A stretch of DNA of 64,000 nt, from the NCBI GenBank assembly GCA_902563305.1, contig CACEWP010000001.1:143886-207885 (forward strand). The letters are read 5' to 3'. The notes beneath the pieces were generated by a model, which made no database searches, was not told the origin of the DNA, and saw only the letters and a program-made list of their open reading frames with translations. Every line of letters begins with the position of its first letter. The stretch's first letter is position 1. Source of the DNA: an uncultured Alphaproteobacteria bacterium. GTDB lineage: Bacteria > Pseudomonadota > Alphaproteobacteria > Methylaequorales > Methylaequoraceae. Below are positions 26,367-36,350 of the stretch, piece by piece. The translations under genes and the position numbers were made by a program.

Positions 26367-27256
26367 ATTCCAGGTGTCCAAATTGCGAAAAAACCATTAT
26401 AAAAGTTTTGGTTTAAATAATTAATCTTTTTTTTTAAAAAACTTAAATTAAATATTCTGCTAATATCATTTTCTAATGATAGATCTTTAATTCTTATATT
26501 ATCTTCGACACCTGCCTCTTCTTTTAACCAATTTAATGCATCATTTTCATTTCCCACTTCGTCTATGAGACTTAAATTCTTGGCCTGCTTGCCAGTAAAT
26601 ATTCTCCCATCTGAAACCAATTCTAATGTGTTGTCTGAAATATTTCTTTTTACTCTTACTATTTGTAAAAATTCTTTTTGCATTGTTTTAATTATCTCCT
26701 CTAGGTATTTTTTTTTTTGATCATCTATTTTTTCAACTGGGTTAGGAACTGCTTTTAATTCTCCACTTTTAATTATTATTGGGCTGATTCCTAACTTTCC
26801 GAGAAGTTCACTTATATCTGCTGTCTGAAGTATCACCCCAACTGAACCTGTAATTGTACCTTCATTTCCAAAAATTTTGTCAGAGCCTAGGGATGCAAGA
26901 TACCCTCCTGAAGTAGCCATTTCTCTCATATACGCTACAGTGGGAATTTTATTGCTAATATTTTTTATTGAGTCATGAACCTCCTTACTTGCAACATAAG
27001 TTCCACCTGGACTATTAATTATTGTTAAAAGTCCTTTAACATTTTCATTCTGACTCAGTCCTTCTAACTGATCCAATAAATCTTTTCTATCTTGAATGAT
27101 TCCTTGAATAGAAATTCTGGCAATAAAGCTTTCTTTTTCATGAAACTGGAATGAAACTGAGATTAGGATGAGTAAAATTATTGTCGCAATTAATACTCGG
27201 TTAATAAAAGACTTTCTTTTTTTATAAAATTGGTCTAGAAGTTCATTTTTTTTCAT
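26363..27256 (-). CDS. sppA: signal peptide peptidase SppA, 36K type
   Basis: About 297 aa from the ATG at 27256 (MKKNELL...; the ORF track begins at 27304, inside rpsA). Has an N-terminal TM, INSPGG, ATSGGYLAS and TGSVGV. Confidence 0.85.
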   Translation of the reverse strand: MKKNELLDQFYKKRKSFINRVLIATIILLILISVSFQFHEKESFIARISIQGIIQDRKDLLDQLEGLSQNENVKGLLTIINSPGGTYVASKEVHDSIKNISNKIPTVAYMREMATSGGYLASLGSDKIFGNEGTITGSVGVILQTADISELLGKLGISPIIIKSGELKAVPNPVEKIDDQKKKYLEEIIKTMQKEFLQIVRVKRNISDNTLELVSDGRIFTGKQAKNLSLIDEVGNENDALNWLKEEAGVEDNIRIKDLSLENDISRIFNLSFLKKKINYLNQNFYNGFFAIWTPGI

Positions 27257-28934
27257 CTTTGGATTTTGTAGTTTTCTTTTTTCCCTCTTCAAGTGCAGCA
27301 CCAATAATGTCTCCTATACTAGCACCTGATGATGATGAACCATATTCTTTAAGAGCATCTTTCTCTTCTTGAATTTCTAAATCTTTTATAGATAACTCAT
27401 AATTGTTGTCTTTGACAACTTTTTTAAGAACTTTGGCATCAATTTTTTCTCCCACTGCAAATCTAGAAGTATTTTGCTCAGTTTTAAGTTTGGCTAAATT
27501 AGACTTTTTAACAAAACCCTGTTGATTATCTTCTAGTGTAACTAGTATTTTATCCTCATCAATTTTTTGAATAACACAGGTTACTGTTTTATTAATAAAT
27601 TTATCTGATTTAACCTTCTCTTTTGTAAGTTGCTTGATACCCAATGAAACTCTCTCTTTTTCAACATCTATATCAAGAATTTTACACTTCAGATCTTGAT
27701 CAATTTTATAATTTTTAATTGAATCTGTTCCATTATCATCCCAGGATATATCTGAGGCATGAATTAATCCGTCCAATTCAGATGTCAAACCGATAAAAAT
27801 ACCGAAATCAGTAATATTTTTTACTTTACCCTCGATTATATCACCATTTTTATTGTTTGAAGCAAAAATCTTCCATGGGTTTTCGGTGCATTGTTTGAGA
27901 CCTAAACTAATTCTTCTTTTTGTATTATCAATCTCTAGAATAACAACTTCAACTTCTTCCTCAACTTTTAAAATAGAGCTTGGGTTTACATTTTTGTTAA
28001 CCCAACTCATTTCTGATGTATGAATTAAGCCCTCTACACCTTTCTCAAGTTCTATGAAAGCGCCATAGTCAGCAATGCTTGAAATTTTTGATTTTATTTT
28101 TGAACCAACTTTATAAAGTTTTTCAACATTTTTCCAAGGATCATCTGTTAACTGTTTTAACCCCAGGCTTATTCTATTATTTTCCTTATCATATTTAATT
28201 ACAATTACTTCAATGTCTTGGCCAATATTGAACATTTCAGATGGGTGGTTAACTCTCTCCCACGATAAATCCGTAACATGGATTAAGCCGTCCATTCCAC
28301 CAAGATCTACAAAAACTCCATAATCTGTTATATTTTTAACAGTACCTTTAAGTTTATCACCTTCATTTATGTCTGATAAAAGCTTGCTTCTGTCAGCTTT
28401 TCTTGATTCTTCTAAAAGAACTCTTCTTGATACAACAATATTTCCTCTAAGCTTATCCATTTTCAGAATGATCATTGGTTGAGGTTTATTAAGCAGAGGA
28501 GAAATATCCTTTATTGGTTTTAGATCAACTTGACTTCCAGGAAGAAATGCGACTGCTCCATTAATATCAACAGCAAAGCCACCTTTAACCCTCCCTGTGA
28601 TAATGCCAGTAATTTGTTCTTTTTGATTTTGTTGTTTCTCAAGATTTGACCATGACTCTTCTTTTCTTGCTCTTTCTCTGCTCAGAAGTGCTTCACCTTC
28701 TTTATTTTCGAGCTTTTCAAGATATACATCGTATTTGTCTCCCACCTTAACGCTATGTTCCTCACCTGGTGAGTGAAACTCTTTGATTGGAATTCTACCC
28801 TCTGCTTTTAGGCCAACGTCAACAACAACAGTGTCATTAACAATTGATAGCACCGTCCCCTTTATAATTTGTCCCTCTTTGTATTTGAAGTCTGTAAGAC
28901 TTTTTTCTAATAATTCACTAAAATTTTCTACCAA
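27243..28934 (-). CDS. rpsA: 30S ribosomal protein S1
   Basis: 563 aa. Contains six S1 repeats, recognisable by repeated G.V..I...G.FV.L...G.(I/L)H.S(E/D) units. Confidence 0.97.
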   Translation of the reverse strand: MVENFSELLEKSLTDFKYKEGQIIKGTVLSIVNDTVVVDVGLKAEGRIPIKEFHSPGEEHSVKVGDKYDVYLEKLENKEGEALLSRERARKEESWSNLEKQQNQKEQITGIITGRVKGGFAVDINGAVAFLPGSQVDLKPIKDISPLLNKPQPMIILKMDKLRGNIVVSRRVLLEESRKADRSKLLSDINEGDKLKGTVKNITDYGVFVDLGGMDGLIHVTDLSWERVNHPSEMFNIGQDIEVIVIKYDKENNRISLGLKQLTDDPWKNVEKLYKVGSKIKSKISSIADYGAFIELEKGVEGLIHTSEMSWVNKNVNPSSILKVEEEVEVVILEIDNTKRRISLGLKQCTENPWKIFASNNKNGDIIEGKVKNITDFGIFIGLTSELDGLIHASDISWDDNGTDSIKNYKIDQDLKCKILDIDVEKERVSLGIKQLTKEKVKSDKFINKTVTCVIQKIDEDKILVTLEDNQQGFVKKSNLAKLKTEQNTSRFAVGEKIDAKVLKKVVKDNNYELSIKDLEIQEEKDALKEYGSSSSGASIGDIIGAALEEGKKKTTKSKDEKK

Positions 28935-28975
28935 TTAATTTCCTCTATAAATTTAAGCATTACAATTACAAAATT

Positions 28976-29662
28976 TTAAGGTGATATGCAATTACTAATT
29001 GAAATCTGTTTTTTTTTAATGAAATCTAGAGCTATCTTTAAAACTTCATTCTCTTGTAAACGGGATGTATCTATATTATAACTGTCTTCCGCTCTCACAA
29101 GAGGTGAAATCTTGCGAGTAGAATCACTGACATCCCTTCTTTTCATATTCTCAAGAGTAATTTCGTATTCAGAATCATCAAGATTAAGTTGACTAATTCT
29201 CCTAGATGCTCTTATTTCAACCTTAGCATCAATAAAAAATTTTACTTCTGCATTGGGAATTATTACAGTTCCAATATCTCTCCCATCAATTACTGAACCA
29301 TTTCCTCTTGGAGGGTTGTTAGCAAAGTTTCTTTGAAATTCTACTAGAGATTTTCGAACTTCTCTTCTTTTTGAGATTTGTGATGCAATTTTAGATATTT
29401 CTTCAGATCTAAGTTTATTTAATTTAGTTTTATCATTTAAAAAATTATATATATCAATATCAAAGACTTTTTTAACTATTTTACTTTGGTTGCTTTCATA
29501 CGCATAAATTCTATATAAAAGACCAGTATCTAAATGATCAAAATTAAGTTTTTTTGATAAATTTTTAGCCAATGTACCTTTTCCTGACCCAGCGGTTCCG
29601 TCAATAGCAATCACTGGCTTAGAATTTTTGAACGTACTCAATTTTTGCTCCCAAGTTAACAA
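28976..29662 (-). CDS. cmk: cytidylate kinase
   Basis: 228 aa. IAIDGTAGSGKGT P-loop and DGRDIGTV. The TTG start at 29662 is uncertain; an in-frame TTG at 29644 is an alternative. Both overlap the aroA end. Confidence 0.9.
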   Translation of the reverse strand: MLTWEQKLSTFKNSKPVIAIDGTAGSGKGTLAKNLSKKLNFDHLDTGLLYRIYAYESNQSKIVKKVFDIDIYNFLNDKTKLNKLRSEEISKIASQISKRREVRKSLVEFQRNFANNPPRGNGSVIDGRDIGTVIIPNAEVKFFIDAKVEIRASRRISQLNLDDSEYEITLENMKRRDVSDSTRKISPLVRAEDSYNIDTSRLQENEVLKIALDFIKKKQISISNCISP

Positions 29663-30938
29663 ATAATTCTTTGAATCCTGGAAATGAAGTTTTTATCATT
29701 TTCATGTCATCAATAACAATTGGTCTTTTTGAAAAAAGACCAAAAACTAGCATCGACATAGCAACTCTATGATCACTTTCTGTATTTACAAGATTACCAC
29801 CTTGTTGTGAATGTTTTCCGCAAATTTCAATAAAGTCATCACCTAATTGAAGTTTAACGCCTCCTTCAGAAAGAGCTTTTGCCATTGATTTAAGTCTATT
29901 ACTCTCCTTTATTTTTAATTCTTTTAGACCATAAAACTTGGAAGTTCCGGATGCAAATGATGCTGCAACAAACAGAATGGGATATTCATCTATAAGCCTG
30001 GGAACAATATTTTTCTTAACAATTGTTGAGTTTAGATTTGAGCTTTCAATTTCAATGTCACCAACAGATTCACCATTAAATTTTCGTTTGTTTTTAATTG
30101 CAATCTTGGCATTCATTTTTTTTAAGACATCTAAAAGACCAGTTCTAAAAAAATTTAGTCCAACATCCTTTATTTTTACTTTACTTTTTTTAGAAAGAAG
30201 AACAGCAATTATAATAAATGCAGCTGAACTAAAATCACCAGGTATTACGAGATCTTTCGGTTTTAAAAAGTTTGGAGATGTTAAACTTATAATATTTTTT
30301 TGTTTTTTAATTTGTGCTCCAAGATACTCAAGCATTATCTCCGTATGATCTCGTGAGGGAATTTTTTCGATAATTTTGGAGGTTCCTTTAACGTTTAGGG
30401 CTGCTAGCAAAATAGAACTTTTAACCTGCGCAGAACCAATATTTAAAGTATATTTTATTGGTATATGTTTCTTATTATCATGTGAAATTCTTATTGGTAA
30501 AAGTCCATCATGATCAGATATTGATATATTCATTTTACTCAGAGGGTCAATTATTCTTTTCATTGGTCTAGACGACAAAGATTTATCACCTGTTAAAGTT
30601 GCATTTACTTCACTTGTACTAAGCAGTCCGGTCATCAATCTTACTGAAGTTCCTGAATTACCAAAATTTAAAGAATTTTTTGGATCTGAAAAGAAACCAC
30701 CTTGTCCAGAGACTTCGTAGTAACTATTTTTTTTTTTAATTTTGATGTTTAGTCCTCTCAAAACTTTAAGTGTATTAATTACATCATCTGATTCTAAAAG
30801 ATTGAAGATTTTTGTATTTCCTATGCATACTGATGATATAATAAGGGATCGAATTGAAATTGATTTATCAGAGGGAACATTTATCAAGCCATTTAGTGGT
30901 TTACTTTTAAAGGATTTAAGGGTAAAAGTTTTCTTCAT
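29619..30938 (-). CDS. aroA: 3-phosphoshikimate 1-carboxyvinyltransferase (EPSP synthase)
   Basis: 439 aa. Carries PSDKSISIR, LNFGNSGTSVRLMTG and DHRVAMS. Confidence 0.95.
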   Translation of the reverse strand: MKKTFTLKSFKSKPLNGLINVPSDKSISIRSLIISSVCIGNTKIFNLLESDDVINTLKVLRGLNIKIKKKNSYYEVSGQGGFFSDPKNSLNFGNSGTSVRLMTGLLSTSEVNATLTGDKSLSSRPMKRIIDPLSKMNISISDHDGLLPIRISHDNKKHIPIKYTLNIGSAQVKSSILLAALNVKGTSKIIEKIPSRDHTEIMLEYLGAQIKKQKNIISLTSPNFLKPKDLVIPGDFSSAAFIIIAVLLSKKSKVKIKDVGLNFFRTGLLDVLKKMNAKIAIKNKRKFNGESVGDIEIESSNLNSTIVKKNIVPRLIDEYPILFVAASFASGTSKFYGLKELKIKESNRLKSMAKALSEGGVKLQLGDDFIEICGKHSQQGGNLVNTESDHRVAMSMLVFGLFSKRPIVIDDMKMIKTSFPGFKELFVNLGAKIEYVQKF

Positions 30939-30986
30939 TCTTAAATATGATATATAATTTATTTATTATACTAATGAAAGTTGATT

Positions 30987-31292
30987 ATGGAAAAAATTGA
31001 TAAAGGCGCTAAAAGGAAATGTACTAAATGCAACACACTTTTCTTTGACTTTGGAAAATACCCAATCGTTTGCCCAAACTGTGGAGCCGATGTAAATTCT
31101 TTGCTTACTAATGTTTCAAGAAGAGGGAGGCCTCCCAAAAACCCACAACCCCAAACAGCAATTGATTCAAAAAAAATAGAGATTGAAGAGATTGAAGTTG
31201 AACAAATAGCAGATGATGTTGAGACCGAAGATTCTAATAGTGAAGATAATGTAGAAGATATTGTTGAAATTGAAAGAGAGACTGACTCATAA
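30987..31292 (+). CDS. TIGR02300-like zinc-ribbon protein with acidic tail (FYDLN_acid family)
   Basis: About 101 aa from the ATG at 30987. Has GAKRKCTKCNTLFFDFGKYPIVCPNCG plus an acidic E/D-rich C-terminus. Sits next to aroA, as in other alphaproteobacteria. Confidence 0.7.
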   Translation: MEKIDKGAKRKCTKCNTLFFDFGKYPIVCPNCGADVNSLLTNVSRRGRPPKNPQPQTAIDSKKIEIEEIEVEQIADDVETEDSNSEDNVEDIVEIERETDS

Positions 31293-31359
31293 GTTTCAGT
31301 TAGAAAAAATTAAATGCTAGCTAAATTTAGATATTTCCAATCCATACTAATTTTTTTTA

Positions 31360-31435
31360 GGGGCTGTAGCTCAGTTGGGAGAGCGTCTGGATGGCATTCA
31401 GAAGGTCGTCGGTTCGATCCCGTCCAGCTCCACCA
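31360..31435 (+). tRNA. tRNA-Ala (anticodon GGC)
   Basis: GGGGCTGTAGCTCAGTTGGGAGAGCGTCTGGATGGCATTCAGAAGGTCGTCGGTTCGATCCCGTCCAGCTCCACCA. The G3:U70 identity pair is present, the anticodon loop is ATGGCAT, and CCA is encoded. Confidence 0.9.
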
Positions 31436-31559
31436 AAAATAAAAGGTAGGAAGTTAATTTTTAGTGTTGTATTATTAAATTGATTTACAAATTAATATAT
31501 TGTATTTTGATAATGAATGCTTAAAAAGGTTCAGCATTAATTGCTCTAGTTGAGAATTT

Positions 31560-32018
31560 ATGAATAGAATGTCAGTATTTAACAGCCCTTTTCTCTTAGG
31601 TTTCGATCAATTTGAGAGAACCATAGACAGAATCTCTAAACTTTCTAGTGATTCATATCCGCCTTATAATATAGAGCAAATTTCGCCTAACAGTATTAGA
31701 ATAACAATTGCCGTTGCAGGATTTAATAAATCAGATCTAGATGTAAGTTTAGAGGGAAACCAGCTTCAGATTCGTGGAAGCAGAGATGAAAATGAATCCG
31801 AAAAAATTTTCATTCATCGTGGAATTGCTACGAGACAGTTTCAAAGAAACTTCATTTTAGCCGAAGGTATAGAGGTTGAGGAGGCTTCAATGGATAATGG
31901 ACTTTTATTTATTGATTTATCTCAACCGATTAGTAATGATGAGTCAAAAAAGATTGAAATTAAAGATAAAAATAATAAAATTAAAGATAGACTTATTAGT
32001 GTTGGAAATGACAAATAA
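31560..32018 (+). CDS. Hsp20/alpha-crystallin small heat-shock protein (IbpA-like)
   Basis: 152 aa. YPPYNIEQISPNSIRITIAVAGFNKSDLDVSLEGNQLQIRG...FQRNFILAEG is a typical alpha-crystallin domain. Confidence 0.9.
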   Translation: MNRMSVFNSPFLLGFDQFERTIDRISKLSSDSYPPYNIEQISPNSIRITIAVAGFNKSDLDVSLEGNQLQIRGSRDENESEKIFIHRGIATRQFQRNFILAEGIEVEEASMDNGLLFIDLSQPISNDESKKIEIKDKNNKIKDRLISVGNDK

Positions 32019-32020
32019 AT

Positions 32021-32239
32021 ATGGGCAAAGCAAATCATACAAACAATAGAGATTTTTTAGAATATGGTAACGCATCTCTTGCTTTCGTAAAGAAAGAAAT
32101 CCACAGAGAAGAAAATTTCAGCACTGATGTTTTCTCAGTTTACTGCGCAGACGGAACATTGCTTGCAGCTTTTGACAGCAGGGAGTCAGCTATAGCAGCT
32201 ATTTTGCAATCAGGACTTCAACATATAAATTTACATTAA
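32021..32239 (+). CDS. DUF1150 family protein
   Basis: 72 aa. AFVKKE...VFSVYCADGTLLAAFDSRESAIAAILQSGLQHINLH matches the DUF1150 pattern and its usual position after hsp20 in alphaproteobacteria. Confidence 0.65.
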   Translation: MGKANHTNNRDFLEYGNASLAFVKKEIHREENFSTDVFSVYCADGTLLAAFDSRESAIAAILQSGLQHINLH

Positions 32240-32682
32240 ACATCTGCTAGTAAATTATAAATTTGACTTGGTTTTTTTAAACTTCTTAATTTATTTAAAG
32301 ATGACTTTTTCTTCAAAAAACTTGATATAGAGGATAGAACTAATAAATGCTCGGATTGACAATTTTTAGGAGCTAAAATTACGAATACAAGATCAACATT
32401 CTTGTTGTCAGATGATGAAAAATCAATTGCTGATTTGAGCTTCAAAAACATCACTTTTGTTTGATCAAATAGACTAATTTTTGAATGAGGAATCGCTACT
32501 CCATTTCCAATTCCAGTTGAACCTAATCTTTCTCTCTCATTCAATTTTTCAATGATTTTAGTACTTTCCTCGAGGTTGTTGTTCGAGAACTTGTTTGATA
32601 CTAGTTTAAAAAGATTCTTTTTACTATCGACATCAACGTCAACAAGAATTGAATCAATATCAATAAATTCAACTAATTTCAT
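32236..32682 (-). CDS. ptsN: PTS EIIA-Ntr (nitrogen regulatory IIA)
   Basis: About 148 aa from the ATG at 32682. RERLGSTGIGNGVAIPHSK holds the phospho-His context. Located directly downstream of hpf. Confidence 0.85.
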   Translation of the reverse strand: MKLVEFIDIDSILVDVDVDSKKNLFKLVSNKFSNNNLEESTKIIEKLNERERLGSTGIGNGVAIPHSKISLFDQTKVMFLKLKSAIDFSSSDNKNVDLVFVILAPKNCQSEHLLVLSSISSFLKKKSSLNKLRSLKKPSQIYNLLADV

Positions 32683-33257
32683 TTTTTTGGATCCACCCAA
32701 CCAATATTTCCATCAGAACGTCGAAATAAAATATTTAATCTTTTTGATTGAATGTTTTTAAAGAATATTGCATTTTGATCTTTCAAATTCATCAACATAA
32801 TTGCTTCACTTACGGATACTGTTTTTATAATATCCTCAGATTCGGCAATGATAACTGGGTCAGATGTATTATCTTTATTTTTTTTTAATTCTGGATCTTC
32901 AATAATATATTGGTTGGCTTGAAGGTATTTTAGTGACTGCTTGTTTTTTATTCGATGATCAGTAAGTTTTCTGTGATACCTTCTTAATCTTTTTTTAATT
33001 TTTTCATTAGCAACATTAAATGCACCATAAGCATCATTGCTTAATGCATTCCCTTGTATAAAGATTGAACTATCAATATGAAGATTTATTTCACATCTAA
33101 AATTAAAGGTATCTTTTGAAAAAAGAATGCTACTACTTATAAAATTCTCAAAATATTTATTTAAGGTTTGAGTGATGGAAGATTGAACATATTTAGTTAG
33201 TGATTTTCCGACTTTGGTTTGTTTTCCTGAAACAGATATGTTATTAAATTCTGTCAA
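32679..33257 (-). CDS. hpf: ribosome hibernation promoting factor (long form, sigma-54 modulation protein family)
   Basis: 192 aa. The TTG start forms a TTGA overlap with the lptB stop. Has an N-terminal YfiA/HPF fold pattern and a C-terminal extension (FRRSDGNIGWV). Confidence 0.85.
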   Translation of the reverse strand: MTEFNNISVSGKQTKVGKSLTKYVQSSITQTLNKYFENFISSSILFSKDTFNFRCEINLHIDSSIFIQGNALSNDAYGAFNVANEKIKKRLRRYHRKLTDHRIKNKQSLKYLQANQYIIEDPELKKNKDNTSDPVIIAESEDIIKTVSVSEAIMLMNLKDQNAIFFKNIQSKRLNILFRRSDGNIGWVDPKK

Positions 33258-34030
33258 AAATCATTACCTAAATAAAATGTTCTTACATTTTTATTTTTTA
33301 TAATTTCGTCTGGTTTTCCTTTGAAAAGTACTTTTCCTTCAAAAATAATATATGCTCTGTCAACAATTTCTAGAGTACTTTTTACATTATGATCTGTCAT
33401 TAAAACACCAATGTTCTTTTTTTTTAAATTTTGAATAAGGTTCTTTACATCTTGTATTGCTATAGGATCAATTCCTGCCAGTGGTTCGTCAAGTAGAATG
33501 AAATTGGGGTTAGAAGCTAGACATCTAGCTATTTCTAGTCTTCTTCTTTCTCCTCCAGACAAAGAAAGTGATGATGCATATCTAATATGCTCTATTCCGA
33601 ATTCAGCCAATAAATCTTCAAGCTTCTTTTTTTTACTTTCATTAGATTTTTCAGTTTTTTCAAGGATTGAGAGAATGTTTTCTTCAACATTCATTCCTCT
33701 GAAAATTGAGGATTCTTGAGGTAAATAACCAAGACCTAGTTTGGCACGTCTATACATTGGGAATTCTGAGATTTCATTTTTATCTAAGTTTATGGAACCG
33801 CTTTCGGGTTTTATAAGACCCATGATTATGTAAAACAAAGAAGTTTTCCCAGCACCATTGGGACCCAGTAATGCAACTGACTCACCTCTATTTAAATCCA
33901 ATGAAACATTATCTAATATTCTCTTGTTATCATAAGATTTTGTTATATTTTGAACTCGTAATCCCTGATTATTTATCGCTATAAATGGAATATCAATTTG
34001 ATTCATCTTGGTCAATACCTCCCTTATCAA
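33254..34030 (-). CDS. lptB: LPS export ABC transporter ATP-binding protein
   Basis: 258 aa (start possibly the ATG at 34006). Walker A GPNGAGKTS, LSGGERRRLEIARCL and LLDEPLAGIDP. Sits after lptC and lptA. Confidence 0.92.
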   Translation of the reverse strand: MIREVLTKMNQIDIPFIAINNQGLRVQNITKSYDNKRILDNVSLDLNRGESVALLGPNGAGKTSLFYIIMGLIKPESGSINLDKNEISEFPMYRRAKLGLGYLPQESSIFRGMNVEENILSILEKTEKSNESKKKKLEDLLAEFGIEHIRYASSLSLSGGERRRLEIARCLASNPNFILLDEPLAGIDPIAIQDVKNLIQNLKKKNIGVLMTDHNVKSTLEIVDRAYIIFEGKVLFKGKPDEIIKNKNVRTFYLGNDF

Positions 34031-34826
34031 TTAGTGCTCTTACTTTATTTTCGTTCATTTTATTTCCTGGGGCAGGTAATAATTTGCTAATCCCTCTTTT
34101 AAGATCTACTTCAGCGTATTCTCCAAGCAAGAAACTTTCTCCTCTTTGAAGTTTAACATTACCAAACAATTTACAGATTTCAGTATCATTATTATAGATA
34201 GCTTTATCACTAAATGCTACCTCATTATTTGTTTTAATTGAAACATTATTAAATCCTAATAATTTTTTTACTTCAGTTTTTTTCTTCGACTCTTGAAGGT
34301 ACCAGACAAGTTTATCAGCAAGAACTATAAACTCTTGGTCTTTTTTTGCCTCTGCTTTTCCAGTTGCAATTGCAATGTTTTTAGATCTCCAATATTCTAA
34401 TTTCTCATTTGATTTAAGAGTATTTGATTCAGAGGTAAGTGTTATTTTTTTACCTTTGATTAAAAAATAATCTTTAAAAATTTTATATTCAGCATATGTA
34501 CCTCCAACAATTTTCATTTTATTATCTTCAATTATTACATTTTTTTTTGCTCTAACTTCCGTAATATTCATATCAGAAGAATTTTTTTCTTCGTAAAATG
34601 CCTCGATAACATCAGACTTAAGGGTCATTGACCCGCTTGTTGCTTTTGCATTTCCAACAGCTACATACTTATTTTTATTTTTATGCCACTCAATTCCTTG
34701 ATCCGCAAATATTTCAATTGGTTTATCATTATTATTAAGGTTTGATAGTTGTTGTGATTGGATGAGTCTTGAACAAACACAAATTACAACAAAAAGTATT
34801 AAAGTGATTTTTTTATTTATTCTCAT
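33993..34826 (-). CDS. lptA: LPS transport periplasmic protein LptA (OstA-like)
   Basis: 277 aa with a signal peptide. Repetitive beta-jellyroll-type sequence (A..A..G.V.L......L.ad.....). Sits between lptC and lptB. Confidence 0.8.
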   Translation of the reverse strand: MRINKKITLILFVVICVCSRLIQSQQLSNLNNNDKPIEIFADQGIEWHKNKNKYVAVGNAKATSGSMTLKSDVIEAFYEEKNSSDMNITEVRAKKNVIIEDNKMKIVGGTYAEYKIFKDYFLIKGKKITLTSESNTLKSNEKLEYWRSKNIAIATGKAEAKKDQEFIVLADKLVWYLQESKKKTEVKKLLGFNNVSIKTNNEVAFSDKAIYNNDTEICKLFGNVKLQRGESFLLGEYAEVDLKRGISKLLPAPGNKMNENKVRALIDKGGIDQDESN

Positions 34827-35406
34827 TTGCCAACTTCAATTTTGTTTTTCCAGTGAAGAAGATTTTATCACCATTATTTGTTACTTTAAAACCTTCTGAG
34901 ATAATGATCGAATTATTTTTTTCCCCTCTTACTTTTCGATCTCCAATTAAAACTTCTTTTTTAAAATCAAAATACATTTCTGAGGTATTGAAAATCATAT
35001 TCTGTTCATTATTAAATTGAACATTTCCTTTAATTTTTAATTGCTGGATATCTTTATAAAATATACCTTTATCACCTTTTACAAAGAATTTTTCTGTTCC
35101 AGACTTTAACTCTCCAGTCGGTTTTTCTAAATCAAATACGTCTGGTGATTCCTTTAATCTTGTTGCTTTTTTAGCCATAACTTTAAAGGGTTGTTTCTTT
35201 TTATTTATACCCATGAAAACAGGCTTATGTAATACTTGTTTAACAGATTGAAAGTCATCTTGTTTAAAAGAGTGCTCGTTATAAATTTTATTATTCTTGA
35301 AGGAGTCGTTATTATAAATTACCAGAGCCAAAATTATAATTGAGATTATAATTAGTATATATTTCAGGGATTTTATGAATATTGAATAGCTCATTAACTT
35401 ACCCAT
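34813..35406 (-). CDS. lptC: LPS export system protein LptC
   Basis: 197 aa with a single N-terminal TM anchor. Sits between kdsD and lptA. Confidence 0.7.
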   Translation of the reverse strand: MGKLMSYSIFIKSLKYILIIISIIILALVIYNNDSFKNNKIYNEHSFKQDDFQSVKQVLHKPVFMGINKKKQPFKVMAKKATRLKESPDVFDLEKPTGELKSGTEKFFVKGDKGIFYKDIQQLKIKGNVQFNNEQNMIFNTSEMYFDFKKEVLIGDRKVRGEKNNSIIISEGFKVTNNGDKIFFTGKTKLKLANENK

Positions 35407-36340
35407 TTTTTAAAATGTCATGCATGTGTATTATTCCAAGAGGTTTTTTTTTTTCAGTTATAAAAATGTTGGTTATTGACTTTTCGTTCATTGCTTTCAG
35501 AGCTTGTGAAACAAGAGTGCTAGGGGATAGAGTTTTCGGTTGTTTTGTCATAATTTCAGTGACTTTCTTATCTAGCAATTTAGGATTCATATGTCTTCGA
35601 ATATCCCCGTCTGTTATTATCCCAATTAACTCTTTATGCTTAGAAATTACTCCAACACATCCCTCTCCTTTAGAAGTCATTTCTAAAATAGCGTGACTCA
35701 TTTTTTTTGTTTCAACAATTAATGGTAATGCCTCAGATGTTTTCATAACATGTCTAACCTCTAACAACATTTGTCCTAACTTACCTCCAGGGTGAAGTTG
35801 ATGAAAATCATTTTCTGTGAATCCCTTTTTTTTTAATAGCGTCACGGCTAAGGCATCACCCAAGGCAAGAGTGCAGGTGGTTGAACTTGTAGGAGCAAGT
35901 TCAAGTGGGCATGCTTCAATATTTTTTGGAATTAGAAGATTAAATGAAGCTTTTGTTGCAAGTGTACTATTCAATTCACTTGTAATAGAGATGATTGGGA
36001 TCTTTAATTTTTTGCAATGCAAAATTAAATTTAACAATTCAGATGTTTCGCCTGAATTAGAAATTAGAATAATCACATCTTTTTTCTCTAACATACCCAT
36101 GTCACCGTGATTAGCTTCAGATGGGTGAACGTAAAACGAAGGTGATCCTATTGATGAGAGAGTTGAGGCAATCTTTGAGGCAATATGTCCGCTTTTACCA
36201 ATACCTGAAACAATTATTTTGCCTTTATTTTTAAATAATAAATTTACAACCTCTGCAAAATCCGAAGATATATTTTCTTTCAATAATGAAAGAGCTTTAA
36301 TTTCAATATCAATTACTTTTTTTCCTGTCTTAATTTCCAT
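35399..36340 (-). CDS. kdsD: arabinose-5-phosphate isomerase (KdsD/KpsF; SIS + tandem CBS)
   Basis: 313 aa. VSGIGKSGHIASKIASTLSSIGSPSFYVHPSEANHGDMGM plus a C-terminal CBS pair. Confidence 0.9.
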   Translation of the reverse strand: MEIKTGKKVIDIEIKALSLLKENISSDFAEVVNLLFKNKGKIIVSGIGKSGHIASKIASTLSSIGSPSFYVHPSEANHGDMGMLEKKDVIILISNSGETSELLNLILHCKKLKIPIISITSELNSTLATKASFNLLIPKNIEACPLELAPTSSTTCTLALGDALAVTLLKKKGFTENDFHQLHPGGKLGQMLLEVRHVMKTSEALPLIVETKKMSHAILEMTSKGEGCVGVISKHKELIGIITDGDIRRHMNPKLLDKKVTEIMTKQPKTLSPSTLVSQALKAMNEKSITNIFITEKKKPLGIIHMHDILKNG

Positions 36341-36350
36341 ATAATCTCAA

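Noticed and set aside
31512-31542. Hairpin aatgaatgct-(11 nt)-agcattaatt in the hsp20 5' leader. Considered as a ROSE-like RNA thermometer, along with a TTTACA-N19-GATAAT promoter-like string upstream.
   Set aside because: The stem has a mismatch and does not pair with the SD or start region (gagaatttATG). It lacks the U(U/C)GCU anti-SD feature of ROSE elements. AT-rich promoter-like hexamers are expected by chance here.
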